Of a stretch of DNA of 32,000 nt, positions 7,830 to 15,599 are shown in pieces. The notes under the pieces were generated by a model, which was not told where the DNA came from, made no database searches, and worked only from the letters and a program-made list of their open reading frames with translations. How positions within the stretch are numbered: the stretch's first letter is position 1; each line of letters begins with the position of its first letter. The translations under genes and the position numbers were made by a program. The DNA lies in assembly GCF_001564455.1 (NCBI RefSeq), contig NZ_CP011391.1, positions 1,170,001-1,202,000 on the forward strand. Reading direction: 5' to 3'. Source of the stretch: Faecalibaculum rodentium (GTDB lineage Bacteria; Bacillota_I; Bacilli_A; Erysipelotrichales; Erysipelotrichaceae).

Positions 7830-8477
7830 TCAGGACTGTGCATAGTACCTGGCTGTTTCCTTCAGCTCATTCATCGCTTCTTCGATGTGCTGTGTATTTC
7901 TGAGTTGATCCGACTGTTCAGCGCGCATGAGTTCGGTCACTACCCCATCGATTTTTGCCAGCATTTCCCTGGAACTCTGGACATACCCGTCCAGGATCTC
8001 CAGGCGCTGCGGAGTGACAGGCCCGTCTGCAAACATGGCCAGGGCTGTGCGTGCCTTTTTGAGATTGACATCCGTGATGTCCTCCGCTTTCCGGACGATG
8101 CCCAGATACCGGTCTTTCGTGATCTGGCTGTCGGCAAACAGCTGGTTCAGGTATTCTGTCATGCCCGCCAGACGCCTGTCTGCCTGATGTTCCAGCGACT
8201 CCAGTTCCCGGATCCGGCTGCGGTATTCGGCGATCCTGTCTTCCGGCAGCGGAGGCCGGACACCTGTGGATGACATTGACTGTGGTCTGCTCATGGTCTG
8301 CCGCGGTCTGGCCCGTTCCGGCCGGCTCGTGGATTCCGGTTTCAGCTGCAGACCGTACCACAGGCAGTACAGTCCGAAAATCAGCCCCAGGAGTCCGAGG
8401 GGCATGGTGAGAAAACCAAAGACTATGAGTATGGCACTCAGCAGCAGGAGCCGCTGACGCCAGGGATTCTGTTTCAT
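7830..8477 (-). CDS. membrane-anchored coiled-coil protein, XpaC-like (5-bromo-4-chloroindolyl phosphate hydrolysis family), assignment weak
   Basis: Start at ATG 8477 (MKQNPWRQRLLLLSAILIVFGFLTMPLGLLGLIFGLYCLWYGL), preceded by AAAGAGGTG. Two N-terminal TM helices are followed by a long helical region (RIAEYRSRIRELESLEHQADRRLAGMTEYLNQLF...). The family call is from memory of the architecture only. Confidence 0.6.
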   Translation of the reverse strand: MKQNPWRQRLLLLSAILIVFGFLTMPLGLLGLIFGLYCLWYGLQLKPESTSRPERARPRQTMSRPQSMSSTGVRPPLPEDRIAEYRSRIRELESLEHQADRRLAGMTEYLNQLFADSQITKDRYLGIVRKAEDITDVNLKKARTALAMFADGPVTPQRLEILDGYVQSSREMLAKIDGVVTELMRAEQSDQLRNTQHIEEAMNELKETARYYAQS

Positions 8478-8593
8478 GATTGTGTGCACCTCTTTGTCTG
8501 TTCTGATTCTATTATAGGCGGGATGAAAGGAGGGTATCTGAAATTTCCGTAAAACCAGTCCAGCCGCTTTACAGTCTCTGGTATCATGAGTCC

Positions 8594-9358
8594 ATGAACC
8601 GAAACGAAAAACCGAGAAAAGTGTTTATGGCCGGGCTGATTCTGTCCATGGTGCTGGCCATGATCCTGGTGACAGGATTTCACCGCGATGACGATGACGG
8701 ACCACAGAGTTACAGCCGTGACTTCCTGGAAGAATCGGCCACTTCGCTGCTGTCCATTGAGGCCACTGATATGGTCTGGGACCACACCACGCTCATCTGC
8801 ACCACGCGGATCGCTACCAAAGACCCCCTGATCAGCGTGCAGGGCTCCATGCTCCGGTATGTCTGGGAAGAAGACGGCATGACCATGGAAGACTGGCAGC
8901 CGGTTCCCGCAGTTCCGTATGGGACCCGAAGCTGGTCCATATCCACGCTGCTGCCGGACATGACCCCGGAGGCAGCCGTGACCCTGCAGATCGGACTCGA
9001 TACAGAATACCAGTGGGAACAGCCACTGGAAGAATACACCTGGCTGTCCGACGATCATACTGTCGCCCGGGAAGAACTGCTGTCACTGTGGCAGAAGAAA
9101 GTGTACAGCCAGGAAACCGTCCGCATTGACACATATGACCAGGATCGGGTCACCTATACAGTCACTCCCGACAGCCGAAGCGGCGCGTATCTCTACGGAG
9201 AAGTCCTGATCCAGCTGATGGATGGAGACCATTGTGTATTTGCCGCCACCGATAGATATGACAGCGGCGAGCAGGAACTCCCGCAGCTGACAGAGACCTG
9301 GCGTATACCATGCCAGCTGCCTCACTGGTCCACAGTCACGGTCACCAGACTGCTGTAG
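8594..9358 (+). CDS. hypothetical membrane-anchored protein
   Basis: 254-aa ORF with one N-terminal TM helix (VFMAGLILSMVLAMILVTGF) and an acidic Trp-rich ectodomain. No family recognised. The start is uncertain because there is no clear RBS at ATG 8594. Confidence 0.55.
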   Translation: MNRNEKPRKVFMAGLILSMVLAMILVTGFHRDDDDGPQSYSRDFLEESATSLLSIEATDMVWDHTTLICTTRIATKDPLISVQGSMLRYVWEEDGMTMEDWQPVPAVPYGTRSWSISTLLPDMTPEAAVTLQIGLDTEYQWEQPLEEYTWLSDDHTVAREELLSLWQKKVYSQETVRIDTYDQDRVTYTVTPDSRSGAYLYGEVLIQLMDGDHCVFAATDRYDSGEQELPQLTETWRIPCQLPHWSTVTVTRLL

Positions 9359-9388
9359 ACCGCCAGGCTGCAGGAACGAATGATGCAA

Positions 9389-9441
9389 AACGCCGGAAAA
9401 CAGACCGTGCATCCAGGGATGGCGGACCGTTTTCCGGCGTT
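9389..9441. terminator. bidirectional terminator between convergent genes
   Basis: AACGCCGGAAAAC (9389-9401) pairs with GTTTTCCGGCGTT (9429-9441). The flanks are A-rich on the left and T-rich on the right. Confidence 0.7.
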
Positions 9442-9477
9442 CTTTGTATTGTCTGAGTCTGTACAGAGACCGGACTG

Positions 9478-10791
9478 TCACTGCAGCTTCAGGATCTTCA
9501 TGCTGCCGGGCGCCAGTTCCAGTGTCTGGTCGATGCAAATGTTTTCTCCTGTCAGCAGATCTGCGGCATCTGCCTGACGGCCGACTTGCAGTGTCACGGG
9601 GGCCTCATCGATGTTGACTGCATACCAGATCGTGTCTCCTTCGTGACTTCGCTGATAGACACAGGCTGTGTTGGTCAGAGCGATCTGCGTGTAGTCGCCA
9701 TAGGACAGAGCCGGTTCTGCTTTGCGGATCTCAATGAGCCTGGCAATCCGGTCCGTCAGATCATTCCATTCCAGGGTCTCTATTTCGGGCCGGATGGCTG
9801 TGTCGTTTTCGTTCTTGACGCCTTCCACGCCACTCTCGCTTCCATAATAAATGGCAGGAATGCCAGGCATGGTGAACAGCATACCGTAGACCAGCGGGAG
9901 CTGCTCTTTTTTCTCCAGCACACTTGCGATGCGGTTTACATCGTGGTTGTCCACGAATGCCAGCAGATGCTTTCCGGTATACAGACACCAGGGATCCTTG
10001 CCGAACTGGCGGTTGAAGGAATAGAGGATTTCAAAGAAGTTTCTGGAATTGAAGCTCGAGTGGATGCCCTTGTAGCACTCATAATTGGTGCAGGAGTCAA
10101 GCATCGCCTCATTGACCCAGGTGTTGTAGTCTCCATGCAGCGTTTCTCCCAGCAGGAAAAAGGGCTCTCCTTCAAAGGAGCGGACATGATCATGGAGCTG
10201 ACGCAGGAAATCCTGGTCCAGGCAATAGGCAACGTCCAGCCGCAGCCCTGAGATCCCGAATGTCTTTTTCCACCAGTCCACTGTGTCGAAAATATAGCGT
10301 ACGACCTCCGGATTCTTCAGGTTCAGACTCACCAGCTCGTCATAGCCTTCCCAGTTTTTGTACCAGAACCCGTCATTAAAGGAGGAATTGCCGCCGAAAT
10401 CGATGTGAAACCAGTGTTTGTATGGACTGGCTTCCCGGTTCTTCAGGACATCCTGGAAGGCAAAAAACTCCCGGCCCACATGGTTGAAGACTGCATCAAA
10501 GATCACCCGGATGCCGGCTTCTTTCAGTGCCTCTGTCACTTCCTGGAGGTCTTCGGTAGTTCCCAGCCGTTCATCCACTTTCCGCATATCTGTTGTGTTG
10601 TACCCATGGGTCACAGACTGGAACAGCGGATTGAACAGAACGGTATTGGCCCCGAGTTTCTGAAGATGCGGGATATACTCCTTTGCCTTCAGGATGCGGT
10701 GTGCCTGTACGTGATCGTTTTCAAAGGGAGCCCCGAAGGCACCCAGCGGATAAATCTGATAAATTACGGACTCGTCATACCACATTGTCAT
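9478..10791 (-). CDS. alpha-amylase family glycosyl hydrolase (GH13)
   Basis: MTMWYDESVIYQIYPLGAFG... with GH13 regions I-IV (DAVFNHV, GLRLDVAYCL, FLLGETLH, FVDNHDVNR). The 5' part of the ORF-track entry overlaps ybaK and is not coding. Start is ATG 10791 (ATGA overlap with the ybaK stop) or ATG 10785 (6 nt after GGGGGA). Confidence 0.88.
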   Translation of the reverse strand: MTMWYDESVIYQIYPLGAFGAPFENDHVQAHRILKAKEYIPHLQKLGANTVLFNPLFQSVTHGYNTTDMRKVDERLGTTEDLQEVTEALKEAGIRVIFDAVFNHVGREFFAFQDVLKNREASPYKHWFHIDFGGNSSFNDGFWYKNWEGYDELVSLNLKNPEVVRYIFDTVDWWKKTFGISGLRLDVAYCLDQDFLRQLHDHVRSFEGEPFFLLGETLHGDYNTWVNEAMLDSCTNYECYKGIHSSFNSRNFFEILYSFNRQFGKDPWCLYTGKHLLAFVDNHDVNRIASVLEKKEQLPLVYGMLFTMPGIPAIYYGSESGVEGVKNENDTAIRPEIETLEWNDLTDRIARLIEIRKAEPALSYGDYTQIALTNTACVYQRSHEGDTIWYAVNIDEAPVTLQVGRQADAADLLTGENICIDQTLELAPGSMKILKLQ

Positions 10792-11279
10792 TCCCCCTGT
10801 CTGGCAATGTCTGCCAGTGTGATTTCCACAGCCCTGAGCAGATCGGCAGGCTTCATTTTCAGCTGCAGCCCGATCTGTCCTCCGGACACATAGACCTCTT
10901 CCCGACCGGCCAGAGATGAATCGGCAAAGGTCCGAAATTTCTTCTTCATGCCGATGGGAGAACAGCCTCCCCTGACATAGCCCGTGACACTGGTGAGCTC
11001 TTTGAGCGGCAGCATCTCCAGATGCTTCACCCCGGCTGCCCGGGCGCATCTTTTCAGGTCGAGCTCTTCAGCAACCGGCACCAGAAACACGAAATGACTG
11101 TTCCCGGACTGTGTGACCAGTGTCTTGAACACTGATGCCGGATCTTCTCCGAGCCCCGCTGCCACAGACATCCCGTCGACGGGATCGTTTGATCCGTGGA
11201 CATACTCCACCGCTTCATAAGGGATTTTTGCTCTGTCCAGCATCCGCATGGCATTGGTTCTCACTTTGGATTTGTGCAT
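10788..11279 (-). CDS. ybaK: Cys-tRNA(Pro)/Cys-tRNA(Cys) deacylase YbaK
   Basis: Start at ATG 11279 (MHKSKVRTNAMRMLDRAKIPYEAVEY...KTLV...GYVRGGCSPIGMKKKF), with the GAAGGAGAGAC RBS region immediately upstream. Confidence 0.85.
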   Translation of the reverse strand: MHKSKVRTNAMRMLDRAKIPYEAVEYVHGSNDPVDGMSVAAGLGEDPASVFKTLVTQSGNSHFVFLVPVAEELDLKRCARAAGVKHLEMLPLKELTSVTGYVRGGCSPIGMKKKFRTFADSSLAGREEVYVSGGQIGLQLKMKPADLLRAVEITLADIARQGE

Positions 11280-11346
11280 GGTCTCTCCTTCTGCCTTTCC
11301 GACTTCCCTTCCCGATACGTCTTCATCCCATGTGCGGCCTGCACTC

Positions 11347-11925
11347 TCAGGCTCTGGCCTGCATCTTGTCCAGCAGGATCCGGGCCACCAGCACCTTGGT
11401 GGTGGAATGGTCCATGGCGGTTTTTTCAATGTAACGGTGCGCCTTTTCCTCGGTCCATTGGTAGTTTTCCATGAGCAGCAGCTTGCACCGGGAAACCACC
11501 TGCAGTTCCTTGTACTTGTCTCTGGTTCTGGCCAGCTGCCGCTCCACCTGCCTGATCTTGAGCCTGGCTTTTTCCACCACAGCCACGGCCTGCCAGGCCG
11601 CCTGCCGGTTCACCGGCATACTCAGGACAAACACGGAAGTCTCCCGGACAGTATAAGCCGCCTGGTCAAACTTGTCTGCCGGCACGAACAGCAGCACATC
11701 AATATCAAAGGAAGCAGCGATTTCCATGGCGGACCGGATCCCGTATTCATCCGCCAGAGGTGTAAAGATCACCACCATGGAAAAACGCCTTGTGGGCAGC
11801 AGCTGTCTGGCGGCTGAGGCCGAAGGAACAATGATGCAGGGTTCATACTTCGCCGACGGGAACAGTTCCCGCAGCAGCCCTTCGTGATCCTGCTGACCGT
11901 CCGCTGCCAGAATCAGCGGCTTCAT
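11347..11925 (-). CDS. ANTAR domain RNA-binding antiterminator with degenerate (pseudo-)receiver domain
   Basis: The C-terminus matches the ANTAR pattern (LQVVSRCKLLLMENYQWTEEKAHRYIEKTAMDHSTTKVLVARILL) after a coiled coil. The N-terminal receiver-like fold lacks an obvious acceptor Asp (VVIFTPLADEYG). The start overlaps the upstream GS-like gene stop (ATGA). Confidence 0.85.
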   Translation of the reverse strand: MKPLILAADGQQDHEGLLRELFPSAKYEPCIIVPSASAARQLLPTRRFSMVVIFTPLADEYGIRSAMEIAASFDIDVLLFVPADKFDQAAYTVRETSVFVLSMPVNRQAAWQAVAVVEKARLKIRQVERQLARTRDKYKELQVVSRCKLLLMENYQWTEEKAHRYIEKTAMDHSTTKVLVARILLDKMQARA

Positions 11926-13142
11926 GCATGCTCCCTTGCGGCATATCCTTCCAGCACAGACTGCGGGACGAAGCGCGCCACAAACTCGCTTTCCCTGGCC
12001 AGGCGGATGCTTTCTTCCATGCTCGCCGGAAGACTGGCAATGCAGCGGTCCTGGAGCCCCGAGAGATCCATGTCGCAGGGTTCCGGCAGCGGCAGTGTAC
12101 GGCGGATACCATCCAGTCCGGCCTGGATCAGCAGCATGAACACCAGGTAGGGATTGGTCTTGCAGTCAGGATTGCGCAGTTCCAGCCGGTTGACGTGATC
12201 GCTCGGGACCCGCACCAGCAGGCTGCGGTTGACATTGCTCCAGCTGATGCACGCCGGGGCTTTTCTGCGTCCCAGACGGAGGTAGGATTCGGGTGTCGGG
12301 TTGGTGAACAGGGCGATCTCCCGGATATGTGCCAGGATCCCCGCCATGAAATGGCGGAAAGCCTCTTCTTCATCAATGGGATTCAGAAAATCAGCCGATT
12401 CCACCTGCATATTCACATGCAGCCCGTTTCCCGGTTCATCCGGCAGCGGACGCGGCGTGAAATCCGCCCGCAGTCCATTGGTGCTGGCGACAGTACGGAC
12501 AACCCATTTGAACAGGCTCGCCTCATCGGCTGCCCGGCAGGGCGCAGAAGCGTGGAAATCGACTTCGTTCTGCCCTGGTCCGCACTGATGATAACTGGCC
12601 TGGGGCTGCATGCCCATTTCCTCGAGGGTGAAGCAGATCTCCCGCCGGATGTTTTCTCCGTGATCCAGCGGAGAGACATCCAGGTAGCCGCCTGTATCCA
12701 GCGGTATACTGGTGGGATTGCCTTTTTCGTCGTTCCGGAACAGGTAAAACTCGAATTCTGTCGACATGCGCAGGCTGATCCCCAGTGCACAGGCATCCTG
12801 CACGGCTTCCTTCAGCCGCATGCGCAGGTCCTTTTCAAAGGGCGTTCCGTCGGGATACACAAGGGAGCAGATCATGAGCACCACCGATCCGTCCACACTG
12901 CGCCATGGCAGGATGGTAAAGGTGGATGGATCCGGTTTCAGATACAGGTCTCCATGGATCTCGTTTTCAAATCCCGGAACCGCACAGGCATCCACCGCGA
13001 TTCCTTTCCCAAAGGCACGCTCGAGCTGGTCGGGCAGAATGGATATGTTTTTCTGACGCCCGAATATATCGAAGAACGTAAGCCGGATGAACCGGACGTC
13101 TTCCTGTGATACGAAGGTCATGACATCTTCCACAGAATACAT
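11922..13142 (-). CDS. type I glutamine synthetase-like protein (divergent; HHE motif reads YHQ)
   Basis: Start chosen at ATG 13142 (MYSVEDVMTFVSQEDVRFIRLTFFDIFG...). GS-I motifs are present: STEFEFYLF, ASYHQCGPGQNEVDF, GNGLHVNM, WSNVNRSLLVRVP, RLELRNPD. It is shorter than canonical GlnA. Confidence 0.85.
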   Translation of the reverse strand: MYSVEDVMTFVSQEDVRFIRLTFFDIFGRQKNISILPDQLERAFGKGIAVDACAVPGFENEIHGDLYLKPDPSTFTILPWRSVDGSVVLMICSLVYPDGTPFEKDLRMRLKEAVQDACALGISLRMSTEFEFYLFRNDEKGNPTSIPLDTGGYLDVSPLDHGENIRREICFTLEEMGMQPQASYHQCGPGQNEVDFHASAPCRAADEASLFKWVVRTVASTNGLRADFTPRPLPDEPGNGLHVNMQVESADFLNPIDEEEAFRHFMAGILAHIREIALFTNPTPESYLRLGRRKAPACISWSNVNRSLLVRVPSDHVNRLELRNPDCKTNPYLVFMLLIQAGLDGIRRTLPLPEPCDMDLSGLQDRCIASLPASMEESIRLARESEFVARFVPQSVLEGYAAREHA

Positions 13143-13324
13143 AGACAAATCTCTCTTTCCGTTTATTTCTGACTTGTCTATCGTACCACAGGCATCGGCA
13201 GCCGGTTTGCAGGTTGTTTAAAGAACCCGGAGGGGTACCTGGCAGCCGATGTAAATATTGTCATATATCATATCGGACAATGAAAATGAATCGGGAAAAT
13301 CTCTGAAATATTTTACATTTTCGG

Positions 13325-13352
13325 TTGACAGTGTTTTCACTGCCGGTATAAT
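13325..13352 (+). promoter_or_regulatory. sigma-A promoter with consensus hexamers for the GSIII-asnB-gltBD cluster
   Basis: TTGACA at 13325-13330, 16-nt spacer, TATAAT at 13347-13352. Confidence 0.7.
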
Positions 13353-13365
13353 CAAAGTTGTGAAA

Positions 13366-13422
13366 GCGGCAAAGGCGTCGTTTCTCCCCTCAAGGGAGGA
13401 GTGTCCCATTGCCGTTTTTTTT
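13366..13422 (+). terminator. leader intrinsic terminator (attenuator) upstream of type III GS
   Basis: CGGCAA (13367-13372) pairs with TTGCCG (13409-13414), enclosing an inner CTCCC/GGGAG hairpin, followed by T8 (13415-13422). It lies between the promoter and the RBS (GAAGGAGA) of the ATG at 13445. Confidence 0.75.
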
Positions 13423-13444
13423 ACAGACAAGAAGGAGAAACATT

Positions 13445-15538
13445 ATGGATCAGGTAACCGAAATCTTCGGCCAGAACGTCTTTGACGAAGAGACCATGCG
13501 TGAACGTCTTCCGAAGGATACGTTCCGTGAACTCCAGAAAACCACCCAGGAAGGCAAGCCTCTGAACATCAAGATTGCCAACGCAGTGGCTCATGCCATG
13601 AAAAGCTGGGCTCTGGAAAAAGGCGCCACTCACTATACACACTGGTTCCAGCCCATGACCGGAGTCACAGCAGAGAAACACGACGGCTTCATCAACCCGG
13701 ACGGCAATGGAAAAATCGTCATGTCTTTTTCCGGAAAGGAACTGATCAAGGGCGAACCTGATGCATCGAGTTTCCCCTCCGGCGGTCTGCGGGCCACATT
13801 TGAAGCCAGGGGCTATACAGCGTGGGATCCCACCAGCCCGGCATTCATCAAAAACGGTGTGCTGTGCATCCCGACGGCTTTCTGCTCGTATTCCGGCCAT
13901 GCACTGGACAAGAAAACGCCGCTGCTGCGCTCCATGGAAGCCATCAACAAACAGGCCATGCGGGTCCTGAAGCTGTTTGGCAATGAGGATGTCAAGACCG
14001 TCAACACGACCGTCGGACCGGAACAGGAATACTTCCTGATTGACAAGGAGTACTACAGCCAGCGCAAGGACCTGCAGTATACCGGCCGCACGCTGTTCGG
14101 TGCGCCGACTCCCAAAGGCCAGGAGATGGAAGACCACTATTTCGGCACGATCAAAAGCCGCGTGCAGGCGTTCATGAACGACCTGAACCAGGAGCTCTGG
14201 AAGCTGGGCATCCTGGCAAAGACCGAGCACAACGAAGTGGCGCCGGCACAGTTCGAACTGGCACCGGTATTCACCACCACGAACATGGCCGTGGACCACA
14301 ACCAGCTGACCATGGAAATCATCCAGCGGGTCGCAAAGAAGCACGGTCTGGTGGCCCTGCTCCACGAAAAGCCCTTTGAAGGCATCAACGGCTCCGGCAA
14401 GCACAACAACTGGTCCCTGTCGACAGATACCGGCGTGAACCTCCTGGAACCCGGCGACACCCCGTATGAAAATGCACAGTTCCTTCTGTTCCTGGCTGCA
14501 GTCATCAAAGCCGTGGATGAGCACCAGGATCTGCTCAGGCTGTCTGTGGCCACGGCAGGCAACGATCACCGCCTGGGAGCCAACGAGGCACCTCCTGCCA
14601 TCATCTCCATCTTCCTTGGTGAGGAACTGGCGGAAGTCATTGATGCCCTTGAGTCGGAATCTCCCTATGGCGGACACGACAAGGAACTGATGAAGATCGG
14701 CGCCAGCGTGCTGCCGAAATTCCCCAAAGATTCCACAGACCGCAACCGGACCAGTCCCTTTGCCTTCACCGGCAACAAGTTCGAATTCCGCATGCCGGGT
14801 TCCAACCTCTCGGTTTCCAGCCCCAACATCATGCTGAATGCAGCGGTGGCGGATGTGCTGGAAGAATTCGCGGATGCTCTGGAAGGTGCAGATGATCTCT
14901 ACGATGCAGTGCATGACCTGGTCAAGGACACGATCCATGAGCACAAACGGATCATCTTCAACGGCAATGGCTATGATGATGCCTGGATCGAAGAGGCTGA
15001 ATCCCGCGGGCTGCTGAACCTGAAGACCACACCGGACGCCCTGCCCTATTCCATTCTTGACAAAAATGTGGAACTGCTGGAGCGCCAGCACGTCCTGAGC
15101 CGTGACGAGACCCTGTCCCGTTACGAGATCATGATGGATGAATACGTCAAGACCCTGAACATCGAAGCACAGACCATGTCCGATATGGCGAAAAAGGAAA
15201 TCCTGCCGGCAGTGTCCGCGTTCACAGGCGGGCTCTCCGAAACCATCCTGGCCAAGACCAGCGTTTCGGATCAGATCCCCGTGACCTACGAAGCGGCGAC
15301 ACTGGAAACAGCCAGCGTGCTTCTGGCAGAAGCCTACCAGGCACTGGAAGCCCTGGATGCTGCCATTGCCGAGATGCATGCCATGGAGGGATTTGAAGAG
15401 AAAGCCTTCTATGTACGGGATGCGCTGATTCCGGCCATGGATGCCCTGCGTGCACCCTGCGACAAGCTGGAAACCATTGTATCGGATACCGTCTGGCCGT
15501 TCCCGACATACGGAAAACTGCTGTTCGGCATCATCTGA
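13445..15538 (+). CDS. glnN: glutamine synthetase, type III
   Basis: 697 aa from [31 protein letters not shown]...[12 protein letters not shown]...[11 protein letters not shown]...[18 protein letters not shown]. The length and motifs are typical of GSIII. Confidence 0.92.
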   Translation: MDQVTEIFGQNVFDEETMRERLPKDTFRELQKTTQEGKPLNIKIANAVAHAMKSWALEKGATHYTHWFQPMTGVTAEKHDGFINPDGNGKIVMSFSGKELIKGEPDASSFPSGGLRATFEARGYTAWDPTSPAFIKNGVLCIPTAFCSYSGHALDKKTPLLRSMEAINKQAMRVLKLFGNEDVKTVNTTVGPEQEYFLIDKEYYSQRKDLQYTGRTLFGAPTPKGQEMEDHYFGTIKSRVQAFMNDLNQELWKLGILAKTEHNEVAPAQFELAPVFTTTNMAVDHNQLTMEIIQRVAKKHGLVALLHEKPFEGINGSGKHNNWSLSTDTGVNLLEPGDTPYENAQFLLFLAAVIKAVDEHQDLLRLSVATAGNDHRLGANEAPPAIISIFLGEELAEVIDALESESPYGGHDKELMKIGASVLPKFPKDSTDRNRTSPFAFTGNKFEFRMPGSNLSVSSPNIMLNAAVADVLEEFADALEGADDLYDAVHDLVKDTIHEHKRIIFNGNGYDDAWIEEAESRGLLNLKTTPDALPYSILDKNVELLERQHVLSRDETLSRYEIMMDEYVKTLNIEAQTMSDMAKKEILPAVSAFTGGLSETILAKTSVSDQIPVTYEAATLETASVLLAEAYQALEALDAAIAEMHAMEGFEEKAFYVRDALIPAMDALRAPCDKLETIVSDTVWPFPTYGKLLFGII

Positions 15539-15548
15539 TGAACACAAG

Positions 15549-15583
15549 TCAACCGACAGTCCCCCGGCTGTCGGCTGATTTTT
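15549..15583 (+). terminator. intercistronic intrinsic terminator between GSIII and asnB
   Basis: TCAaCCGACAGtc-cccc-ggCTGTCGGcTGA is a GC-rich stem followed by TTTTT (15579-15583). The asnB RBS AAGGAGG follows immediately. Confidence 0.65.
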
Positions 15584-15599
15584 CAAGGAGGAATCAAAC

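Noticed and set aside
8543-8593. Possible upstream ATT start for the 254-aa hypothetical protein (in frame, 8 nt after AAGGAGGG at 8527-8534).
   Set aside because: ATT starts are rare and I cannot verify this one. I kept the ATG at 8594 and flagged the start as uncertain.
13296-13345. TnrA/GlnR box (TGTNA-N7-TNACA) around the GSIII promoter.
   Set aside because: The nearest candidates (TGTCAACCGAAAATGTA and TGTAAAATATTTCAGAG on the minus strand) fail the second half-site.
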